Source of the DNA: Nemertoderma westbladi
Taxonomy: Eukaryota; Animalia; Xenacoelomorpha
Direction of reading: 5' to 3'
Assembly: GCA_032718475.1 (NCBI GenBank)
Contig: JAUCBJ010002602.1
Coordinates: 1 to 63,895 of the forward strand
Length of the DNA stretch: 63,895 nucleotides
This document shows positions 38,401 to 48,185 of this stretch, piece after piece. Positions within the stretch are counted from its first letter, which is position 1; every line of letters starts with the position of its first letter. The notes under the pieces were generated by a model, which worked only from the letters and a program-made list of their open reading frames with translations, was not told the origin of the DNA and ran no database searches. The position numbers were made by a program, and so were the translations under genes.

Positions 38401-39554
38401 TTGACCTTAATAATTTGGTCTGTGGGTTCTGTACTACCTAAGTCTGTGCTAGCTAGTTGTCTTCTGACAGCTGGGGGCAAATCAGGCAGTTTATGACGGT
38501 GAGATGTTTTTCTACGCCTGCTTAGACGAGATCTATTTCCTCCGCCTTCAGGATCGGTGGTTTCGCTTTCCTCCGATGATGTGTATCCCTGGCGTTTTGG
38601 AGTAGATCGTCTCATCATCTGCATTCGACTAGCAGTTAGCTGTTTATTTATGTAGTCTTGCGTCTCTTGCAGATTTTCCAACTCCAGTTGGGTAGTCTCC
38701 TCAGACGCTCTCCGTTCTGCTTCTGCCACTGCCTTTGCCATTGCCGCTGCCGCCTTTCTTTCTGCTTCTGCTACCGCTGCCTTTCTTTTTGCTTCTACTT
38801 CCGCTGCCTTTCTTTCTGCTTCTACTTCTGCCATTGCCGCTGCTATTGCTGCTGCCCCTCGTTCCTCTATCTGTTTTTTCTTTATTTGTTCTTCTTGGAC
38901 TCTAACGAGGCGGAGTCGTTCATCAAATTTAGCTTGGTTCGCAGCTAACATTTCCGCATCGATTGCGTCCAACACAAGCTTGGTTCCTTCACTATTAGGG
39001 CGAAGTCCAGACAGTCGTCTCCTCAACTCTTCGTCTCCTATGAATCGCTGATAGTCTGACAGATAGATGTCAATGGCGTCTCTAGTTCGCGGCTTCTCTG
39101 CTGCTGTTAATTCGCTTTCCACTTCGCTTTCCACTTGAGAAGAAGTGGCGTCGACTGATTCTTCATAGGTTGGCCGCTCATCATAAACCGTATCCGCCAT
39201 CTTCGCTCCGCTTTCGGGTGTCCGCTCAGCAGTATCCGAACTACTGGAGCTATCGGGCCGCTGAGAACTAGGTTCTTGGCTAGGATGTTGCTGCGGTTTG
39301 ACAGCTGCTTCTTGATCCCGCTTGACTTGGGCCCGAGTGCCGATGATAGACCTACGTTGTTCTACTAGCCTAGGGTCTGACACTACTACTGTAGGGATGG
39401 CCTTTTTTACAATAGTAGGTGACTTAGACTTGGATCTGGGATGTTCTATACTTTGATCTTGGTCACAGATCCTTTTAATACGCTGTCTAAGTCTAATACT
39501 CATTCTAACACTTTCTAAGAGACTATCTGACAGTGATTGGGTTGCGTCTGACAT
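35421..39554 (-). CDS. BEL-type gag plus protease fused to RNase H and integrase C-terminal scraps; no RT or integrase core
   Basis: Gag core (FNGDEMKWLPF, EKLRFL), three BEL-type Cys/His knuckles, LLDSGSTGTFI, then WRHCLGTINPADIASRG and RPAGRLCLLE. Confidence 0.9.
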   Translation of the reverse strand: MSDATQSLSDSLLESVRMSIRLRQRIKRICDQDQSIEHPRSKSKSPTIVKKAIPTVVVSDPRLVEQRRSIIGTRAQVKRDQEAAVKPQQHPSQEPSSQRPDSSSSSDTAERTPESGAKMADTVYDERPTYEESVDATSSQVESEVESELTAAEKPRTRDAIDIYLSDYQRFIGDEELRRRLSGLRPNSEGTKLVLDAIDAEMLAANQAKFDERLRLVRVQEEQIKKKQIEERGAAAIAAAMAEVEAERKAAEVEAKRKAAVAEAERKAAAAMAKAVAEAERRASEETTQLELENLQETQDYINKQLTASRMQMMRRSTPKRQGYTSSEESETTDPEGGGNRSRLSRRRKTSHRHKLPDLPPAVRRQLASTDLGSTEPTDQIIKVKRLPTIVDEPEIIRPVVPKVTPVLETPVLPELNSKFPLHSTTLPVPGRTVHENIPVLEAEREIKDLSPVVPRQPATMLATPASAVEWVEEGRRGMNLLLGQMQETVHQLKGTVREGRAELQEVQQSIALERDKLVNIPKGIPIPPVTLCQPVRSEVLHAQGVEPTRIYTASEVETPIANPIGGDCRPVVNDIPYRPDNDPRNLYTDNSIFNNTMAQESFTRQMARTEARQAVKVGEIVKFNGDEMKWLPFNEYYKDSIQNSVLSNGEKLRFLIKCLEGPPRLMALKFIGHPEGLRQVWDTLNIRYGNKDNIAKYLYAKLVAPRHFLSSGIIEFSDEIQEICRQLDWLGKSHEYQSSMVIGAVVSTLPKGGVCTRWDKKVLYMNEQQRRSPTMTDLMSFLDGEVKLQLIKQSREKTSENKVSEKPASRRRVTPVCYTDDGESQASQEEDSGKDTAKSYYDNKTYKDVSKYKSRISDRREQVTTTPPTSPKRIHGRKPEERTRVHNVTQGKVSNIKPKCALCDGPHRLSACAEFLKKSPVDRRTVLWNKRLCYNCLRSGHQRRTCYSDVKCAKCGAKHHILLHSEFERDNPSQVSEPELHVQFSDVNDTDQESEMDGFYTDEFSDANESCYLINTSVYRALTYEKDTNNEFPPTTFAKQPSWKAPTSNVGIREFPVVQVRVHGPNKSYIVNALLDSGSTGTFIDQELAEDIFAGQPKFRTKLNMSGIMQVWKSTLTADYYVGVLSTPQDKLGAQGIRSVKMVAIKNFAATQADLYNWDEDESIQHLKIPRFQTDYPGVQILIGQNAHEALETLEKRPAQPQPLQTYAVRTRVGWYFTGPSRRTLKERLPQQQVYQVKEWEVESSDVDDPTEGTPYSSDNDDINSNVDQWRHCLGTINPADIASRGATPQELIDTPGWLGGSDFLSKEEEEWPPHLTPAEIRQAKGAEKVTQQLNRPAGRLCLLERDRKLSGNYGRQDTLPTTTSLIRQISRDSIT

Positions 39555-40929
39555 GTTTGTTTACACAGTTGAATGCCTACGGCTATAAATACAGTTAAAG
39601 TAAGTCTAGTAATTCAGTATCACTGTTAGCCTAACAATTAATTACCGATACTGCTACTCAGTGTAGCGTGATATATATATAATATATTAGAATACCGGTA
39701 TGCTTATAGTATATATATAAGTATTATTACAGACTAGATTTGTCACAGAGTACCGGTATATAATTTTAGCACAAATATATATAAATATATAATAGGCCTA
39801 TCGTGAATCCCGGTATGCAGCTTACACTTATAGTATATATAAGTATAATTATGAACTAGAATTAATTACAGAATACCGGTATGATTTCAGCTCAAATTTA
39901 TAGAAATAAATATAATAAGCCTATGGTAAATACCGGTATGTCAATTATTTTAGAATAATTGAATTTCTGAATATTTTAGGGTTACTTGGTTACTTTAACT
40001 TACTTTGTTACCGTTATTTAAGCAGTAGTCCAACTGATATTGAGACCTAGTTGTTGTATGGCAGGCCTACTATTTATAAATCGTTTGAGTTGATTTATAA
40101 TAGATATATACCCGTTTAAAAGGGTTTTGTCAATATTTGAAATAAATGTTATTATTTCTGGGGAAGTCACTACACAGAAGCTGTGCGCTCTCAGTGAAGT
40201 GTTACCTATGGGACACTAAAACAGATAATTCTAATTTACCTAAGTTACTTAATACTACAAATTACTTACGATATGGTTGAGATTAAATCTCTAATTAAAC
40301 ACAACAAAAATATTACGTACGAATTTTTAGGGTAATTTTACAGGAAGTCTACAAACCAGCCTAACAAAGGGTTAGATTTTCTGGTTATTACAACGGACAG
40401 GGTACTACGGTATTTGAAAATAATAAGTAGTAGTAAATACACTGCGTTGTCCAGATAGGAAAATACCACCGCCTGACGACCTATAACCGTATCGCTATAG
40501 GTACTACGTTATGTATCACGGAGTGTTCCTACCTAGAAGTTAATTACCGCGGACTACCAGATCCAGCATGCCTATTAACCACTTTACAACACAAATATAC
40601 TGCCTACACACTAATTACTTCGGAAAGCACTGTACACTAAACCCTAAATTAGGTACAAGTACTGGTACAACAAATAATCAGTAGTTAAATATACTTGAAC
40701 AGTTAAAAGAACCACGGCATCTGCTGGAGTGACCGAAGCACAAAGTCACCAGTCTTTTCCTACGCCAAGCAGCCCGTGTAGTACCGGGGTTAATTTAACT
40801 ATAACGGTATGTGTAACAAACACAATTACTGTAGGAATAAACTTGGGGACATGAATGTTGCGAATAATCGCATAAACTCTGAATAATAAATATTACGCTA
40901 CCCGTACAGAATACTCAAACAAAATACAA

Positions 40930-41470
40930 ACCAAACGCTGGCAGACTACCACCAAGCCTAAATAAACTACAGTATGTGTAGATTCCAAAATGGTTAGTTA
41001 GTATGCGTTCTAACACGGTAGTACGACTTATTCTTTAAGAGGGGATTGACCTTACAGCTATGGCTGCCCCAACTTACTAACTGGCACTCTATCGGACAAA
41101 CTCTACACACGCAGCAATCTCTTCAGACCTAATAATAGCTAGACAACAATCCAGCCTACAAAATATCTGAGTAATACTATTACGGTACCTGAACAGACCA
41201 CACAAACAAACACAGGCCTAAACGCTGGCAGAATACTGTCAAGCCTAAATAAACTACAGTATGTGCAGATTCCAAAATTGTTAGTTAGTATGCGTTCTAA
41301 CACGGTAGTACGACTTATTCTTTAAGAGGGGATTGACCTTACAGCTATGGCTGCCCCAACTTACTAACTGGCACTCTATCGGACAAACTCTACACACGCC
41401 GTAATCTCTCCAAACCCAACAACAATCTAACAACAGTCCGGCCTACAATTATCTGAACAATCTGAGCAGA
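40930..41470. repeat. ~287 bp tandem duplication in the element's 5' leader
   Basis: AAACGCTGGCAGA...CAAGCCTAAATAAACTACAGTATGTG at ~40933 and ~41220. Confidence 0.85.
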
Positions 41471-43731
41471 CTTACACGTCTTCAGCTCAATATTAACTTA
41501 CATGTAAATAAAACCGACAGAAATAAGTAAAATCTCAATAAAAAATCAGGGCTGCAGTCCCTGATTAAATACTAAGACCTACCGGTATACAATAATCAAA
41601 ATCGAATAATACTAATGTACTTACACTGGAAGTACCGGTTAGGACAGTTGGGCCTACGGACCTACAGAAGTACCGGTTCTGGCAGTTGGGCCTACTGACC
41701 TACAGAAGTACCGGTTCAGGTTTACCGGTTGACCGGTACTTTCAACTTTATTGCTTACTGCAATAAAGTCAATAACTGTTATTGTACGCGCTTTTGAAGA
41801 CCTTTAGCAGTTTAACCTGCCAAAATTTATATGTCTTTTGGTTTATAAATAGACTTTAGAAGGTGACAAATATTTAATACCAATAAACACAACATTAGCA
41901 GAAGCCAGCCTAGTGCGCGTCCATTCACCCGCTGGATATACCCGGGGGGCTGGATTCTGAGGGCTTAGATTATTATTGCAGTGTAAGCTTACTGTACTGT
42001 ATTATTCGATTGATCGTTAATAATTAATTTCTGACTAATATTATTTACTTTCGGGAAATATTAACAGTTCCTTTAGGACGTGGCGCTCTATCTAAGTAAA
42101 CCGAGATATGACTTATACTAATCACAACGGTAAGTCGGTAAGGCTTATGATTCACGTATGAGGCGCATTCTTTAGGAAATGCTTAGTTATCAGTCACAAT
42201 CATGCACACTACCGGTAACACACAATACTGCTCACTAATTTGCCGACCGTCAATGAATTTTATCATATATAAAGAGAACAGCAACGGATTCATGTAGTGC
42301 TTATCAAATAGCATTAAATTCACTACAAACCACAATAATATAAGTCGCAATCGCTATATATAACCCGTCTCTCTAACCTGTAGTGTATCAAGAAAATTGG
42401 GAAATTTGGGTTCTTTATAAATGTTCTCCAAATAATATTCAACCAAACAACAGCAAACTATTAAGACGGTAGGTTAAGATATGATATGACAATGTACTGA
42501 TATGGACCGATAACAGTTATACGCTCTATAATCTTAAGCCTACTAATGTCACCTTCTAAAGTCTATTTATAAACCAAAAGACATATAAATTTTGGCAGGT
42601 TAAACTGCTAAAGGTCTTCAAAAGCGCGTACAATAATCTTAAGCCTACTAATGTTTCTTCTAAAGTCTGAAACGAATTGACTCTAGAGCCGGTGTTCCTG
42701 GCCTAGATAGCAACAACACAAAGTATCACAAAAACAGTAAGACTGAACACTCCTAGTATCATCGGCCGAATATCTACACGTCGACAGAAAAAATCGCTCT
42801 GATTGGCTCAAACCAAACAAAGAACCGTGCGTCCAATGGCTGTTTCCATGCCAGCAACCAGCTGCTAGATGTCGCAATCTGAATCATCACGGCTAAGCTG
42901 TGAAAGGTATTTGGTGCATTGCAGGTTTTTTGCCTTACCATGTCCGCCAAAACACGTATATAGCAGAATGACTTTTATGTCCGTTAAAACACCTATAACG
43001 GTACCTTGCGGGCGAGGGGAATATATATACAGTTAGAGAACCTTTTTAGAGTATTCCAGCGCCTGGGGGGAAACTGGATTGCGAAGCAAAGGGGCCAGTT
43101 ATATCCCACAGAAGCTTTTACACATTCTGATGAGAGATGATGGCTAACTGCCTGACTCCTAGACAATTCTTCAATGTTCTGTCAACTGGCATCCACGAGC
43201 AGAATCATTTCAACAGGATTTATTTATATGGTTCAAATTATTCTGTTGAATAGCAGCTTAGTAGCAATGGATATCACTGTTTCCACGACATGATCCATCT
43301 CTCCTTGTCACATGCTCTCTTGTCGTAGCAACTACTGTAGCTACAGTAGTTAGTTAAAGACAATTCCTATTAACCCGTTTAGAAAGAGTTCTTCAGCCTG
43401 GTATCAAGCAGCAAAGTTAATAATTTTAATAGTATGAGATATCCAATGGAAAGGGTATAGGCCTACATATATCAGAATGGTTTTCACTAAACTGCAAGTG
43501 ATTTGCACATTTTAACCAATTCTATTGGTTCAGAAATATATACAAAATAAACGAGTAATTAATTTTATTATGGATTTAATGATGACATCATCATATTTCC
43601 TGCGCCGGAAATAGCTTTTAATTGTCTCTATTGATGATAAAACATGTGGTTAGAGCTGACATTGAAACCAATAGAGCATGTGGCATTGATGAAGTTCATC
43701 CTGAGGACTTCAAGATAGAGTAATGAGTATA

Positions 43732-44401
43732 CTACTACTAGGATCGGCATGCTGCATTGCAGCTGCATTTTTAAGAATGCTGTGCTGGCTTATCGACAAA
43801 ATTGCACCGCCACAACTCCCTATCACCCATGCCATTTGCTAGATCATCCGCATCTTCAAGGCCAGTGTCCTTTAAGATGCGTCTCAAGAATGTCATGGGC
43901 TGTCCACCATGCTTATTCACTCCATGAGGCTGCCGAAGTACAAGATTATGCACTGGCTGGTCCTCACGGCGAAAGCAATGTCCTGCAAAGCGGAGGCGAT
44001 TTTGTTCTTGTGTCAAGCTTGGGGGAACCAATGAGACACCTCCAATGTTATATAGTGTCTGGTTGGAGATGTGTGCATTGTACTTGACACAATGAACCCG
44101 GCGTAGCATTCTTGTGAATGTGCCATCCAGAGATTTGGTGTCCTCAGCAGTTAGAGCCCAGCATGGACTCCCATAGAGGAGTACTGGAACTACTGCTGCT
44201 CTAAATAATCGGACCTTAAGTTTCCGATTAATTCTCGGTGACTTCCAAATCCTGGAAAGCCTATTCAAGGCTGCCCATGCCTTTCCCTTACGTATTCGAA
44301 GGTCCCCACCTGACTTCCGGATCCATGATCCCAGGTAACAGAAAGTCATCTACATGCTTAAGCATACCATCTTTTGAGCTTATGCTCATCCGATCAGAAA
44401 A
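43732..44401 (-). mobile_element. 3' fragment of an RTE-clade LINE
   Basis: YLGSWI, LLYGSPCW and RLRFAGHC motifs; (TAG)n tail; TSD GAGTATA (43725-43731, 44402-44408). Confidence 0.85.
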
Positions 44402-44642
44402 GAGTATAACTGTTACACTCAGTCCAGACTACTCAGGATATTACTATGCAATATAAGTTCATATCTTTATTACTTAAAATGACATGCGGTAATCATGTAA
44501 AGGACTATTTTTAAAATTGAAATTTATTAGCACTTATTTCGTTTTTTCGTTAAATAGATTTGTGGATAGTTATCATAATTGAATTTTAAAATAAATTAAT
44601 TATTATTCATTAGAGATAATTCCACGCCATTGTTTTTCCAAA

Positions 44643-44857
44643 ATGGTACCAGTAATTGAAACACTTCTACTTATTGCTGTTACAATTGGTGTTGGCAGCG
44701 CTGCAACTGTAAACGTTTGTGAGCCTCTCATTGAACTCTACACTGAGGACAACTTTGGGGGAACAAAGGTGGATATCTCTTCGGAAACCAATGCGGTTCA
44801 ATTAGCAGCTCTAAACATGTCGGATGCAGTTCGTTCAGTCAGCGTCAAGTGTGGAAC
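44643..44857 (+). CDS. Secreted beta/gamma-crystallin-domain protein, exon 1
   Basis: Signal peptide, Greek-key motif LYTEDNFGG...DAVRSVSV, donor AC|GTGAGT (phase 2). Confidence 0.85.
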
Positions 44858-45013
44858 GTGAGTAGCCACAGCTAACAAGCCACTTTGTAAACGATTTATT
44901 TAGCACTTTTGGTGAAGACAACTTTTGTACATAGGAAGTTGATTTACATTATTTCCTTTCAGAAGTACTGTACAATTTATTTGTATAAACCACATCATTT
45001 ATAATCGAAGTTA

Positions 45014-45226
45014 GGGTATGTGTAAAACGCGGATCCGGATTCCAAAATTATAAATTAAGGGAAAGGATCAGGTTACAGTGGCACGTTATTTGAACCAAAA
45101 CAATAAACTAAAGTCAATAGAACAGGTTATAGTTTTAATTTTGGGAGTTATAAAAATGTAAAAAAAATCGACTTCCGTAGGGACAATGTTAAATGTAGAA
45201 TCCGGATCCGCGTTTTACTCTGACCC
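45014..45226. mobile_element. Mutator-like MITE in intron 1
   Basis: TIR GGGT..GTAAAACGCGGATCCGGATTC; exact 9 bp TSD TCGAAGTTA. Confidence 0.88.
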
Positions 45227-45706
45227 TCGAAGTTATGGTGATTGATCCCAGGATTTTATCGTAATTTGAAACAGAATAATAAACAAGTAGTGCGATTTGA
45301 AAAAATAAAATTGCTAAAATCCGGAACGTTTCGTATAAAATTAGTAGACATCTTCATCAAAAACACTAGGTAGGCCCACAAATTCATTATAATTACACAG
45401 AAATAACCTAAATTAATATAAAGAAAAATGTAAACAAATTTATAAATATTATACTAGTATAGTGAATGAATATCGTATGAATGAATACCGACTGAATACC
45501 GTATAGTACCTGTTCAACTGCATGTTCACGTATGGATGAGTGTCTAGGAGAGGCTGTTGGCTTTCCTGTTCGATGAGACTTCACCAAATGATATGATACA
45601 CATGTTTTGGATGAAGAATATGTAGGTAGGGCCTAAATTATTATATACGAAACGTTTCGGGTTTAAACAATTATGTTTTTTCGATTTACATCCTTTATAC
45701 TTATAG

Positions 45707-45861
45707 GTGGATACTTTACGAAGATGATTTCCAGGGTACAACTGACATTCTAGAACCAGCTGACTATTTAACCAATCAACTGTCAACCTCTGAAACCATG
45801 AGCTCACTCAGAGCACTTCCAATGCATGGAATCATACTGTTTGACCAACCTGACTATAAAG
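45707..45861 (+). CDS. Beta/gamma-crystallin-domain protein, exon 2
   Basis: TAG acceptor in compatible phase; WILYEDDFQGTTDILEPADY...MSSLRAL...ILFDQPDYKG; donor G|GTATC. Confidence 0.85.
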
Positions 45862-46309
45862 GTATCAGTACATCTAATCCATGTTCCATCTTTATAATAT
45901 TGTTGTAATTTAAAAAAATATTGGTTCTTATAGAACTAATATTTTGAAATAAGGACGTTTATTTTACCACCATGGGTTAAGGTTTCTATTGTAGCACATA
46001 AAATAATCAGTAGACAGGACCCAAGTATACTGGGATAAGTTAAGGAGGATATTAAAACATGAAATATATATCATAAAGTATAGAAATGGCAAATGAAATT
46101 AAAATGATCGAATTTAAAATAGAGTTACTTAAGTTTTGGCGTGGTCCAGTGCATATAAATATAGTGCACGTTTAAAGGTTGACACAGAGGTTGGAATTCC
46201 GGTACAGGTTGTGGCGTGATCCTTGTCTGACGCCTGGCCGCTACACAAAAGGCAGACGCACGTAGGCGTAGCTCTCCAACAGTTTCTACTCCGACAAATC
46301 TTGTGATGA

Positions 46310-46490
46310 GATCCATTGGAGAGATACTAATCTGCCACCACGGCGGAATTTCATTGCTTTTGTTTTAGACTTGTTTTCTCTTTACAGTTTCAAGTTTATC
46401 TAGACTGGCCTGGAGCTCTTCGGTGGAATTCCCGTGATAGCAACATCATCTGCATACATGAACATTAGACAGCTGGTTGCTAATATTATA
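46310..46490 (-). pseudogene. Small LINE RT fragment in intron 2
   Basis: Minus strand reads LMFMYADDVAI. Confidence 0.5.
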
Positions 46491-46664
46491 GTGGGGACTA
46501 TAGATTATAGAACTAATAATTATTAAAAATTATTTACTTAAGTATTACTTTATTATTAAAAATTAATTACTAAAAATTATAGAACTAATATTTTAATAAG
46601 AACTTATCAATTTCACCAACTTGAGTGATTTAGAAAAATATATTATAATCTATTATTATTTTAG

Positions 46665-46815
46665 GAAACACTGTGGTATCATGCAACAGTCCTCAAGACA
46701 AAGTTGATGGGGAGGCATTTACCAGGTGTAGCATTCCAAACCTTGATGTCTACCAGTTTAACAACGTTACAAAATCTCTAGTTGTTACAGGGATATTTCC
46801 ATGGATAGCATACAG
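46665..46815 (+). CDS. Beta/gamma-crystallin-domain protein, exon 3 (later exons not found)
   Basis: TTTTAG acceptor in compatible phase; ...IPNLDVYQFNNVTKSLVVTGIFPWIAY; donor AG|GTTAT. Confidence 0.8.
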
Positions 46816-48185
46816 GTTATATTATTCAGTATTCCTTATATTTTGAACTATCCAATATACCAATAATACCGGTTAGTCGGGATGTCTCCGGGCAGTGGAG
46901 ACTGGAGAGTTAGTACGGCGGTTGGAGAGATCAACAGTGGACCCACTCAGGGCCTCGTACCTGTTGTGAAGCGAAATGTTTGGGTTAATATATTCTCTGT
47001 CTCTCTCATCTTCTCTCCGGTTTGGTGGGACTGAGGTAGTTGTTTCATGGCACGGGAGGAATGAGTTCTATTGTCCCAGATAGTTGATGACGAATCTTTG
47101 GAAATTGCCGTGTTGTTCCATTTTGATTTGATGGGGTTCGTAATATGTTCGTTGCAAGCGACATTATTTGCTGAATAATTTTGGGACACTCGGTTTGATA
47201 TCTCTGTTGGTTTGTCATCGGAATCGCCACTGGAAGAAACTGAATCAATAACTATCAAATTATCTGGATCTTCGCTCCAGTCGTCGAGACTGATGGGAGG
47301 TCCTTCATCTGAGCGAACAGATATGAAATAGTTCTTGTATGGAACTGATACTTGTGAATAGGGTATACTTCCTGTTCCATTTGGTTGTGTTGTCAAGTTA
47401 TCGACTTTATGTTGTAGTACCATTCTATGGTGTCTCTCATGGTTCAGTTCATCCGTGATATTCCTTACCTTTTGTTTTAACTCATCATGGTATGTTTCAT
47501 TCTTGCAGATACGAGTTTGGAGAACCGCTATGGTATTAATGAAGTCTTACCGTAGCCTGTCCAAAGATGATGTGGAGTCCTCAGCTATGTTTAAATCCTT
47601 TTTTTAGGCGGCGTTTACAGCTGTCAGTGAAGCAATTGTCCTCTTTACATCTGTCCAGCTCGTATATATCAATAGCCATCTCCTTAGCAGAAGCTCTCGA
47701 TCATAGTTGTAGTGTGGCGCAGTTGATTGGGGTCATTAAGAATTTTACGTCATTTAATAGTTGCTCTCTCAAAAGATTTCGAAGATCAATTGGATACTGC
47801 GAGATTAATCTAATAGCATCTTGGCGTGGGTGCTGCACAATTTGGTGGAGAGGAGACCCATCCATGAGGTTGTTTAACTCTGGCCAATGACTTGAGTCAG
47901 ATAAATCCTTGTCACACACAAGAGAAAGAGTGGGTACCTTTGGCGATCCTATGGTCTCTCGTGATTGTGTTTGTTTGACATGGTTGAACGCAAGCGGGTT
48001 TGTGTCGGTATCAAGGCTGGGTGTTGAATTGGTATTTGTGTTTGCGGTAGTGTACTGATTAAGGGTGGTGGTTAACGGAGATGTAGAACTGAAGTGTTCG
48101 TATGGGTCATTGTATTTTACGCTGTTTAGTATGTTTAGTATCCACCTTCGGACAGGCACTGACCCCCCCTGTGTTGTTGGGCAGA

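Larger units (their letters stand above)
31028..43122 (-). mobile_element. Non-autonomous BEL/Pao-derived LTR element, 12.1 kb
   Basis: LTRs 31028-32262 (1235 bp) and 41783-43122 (1340 bp) with TG...CA ends and TSD CATTC. I saw two substitutions and one 105 bp insertion between them. Purine-rich GGGAGCGG lies next to the left (3') LTR. Confidence 0.95.
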
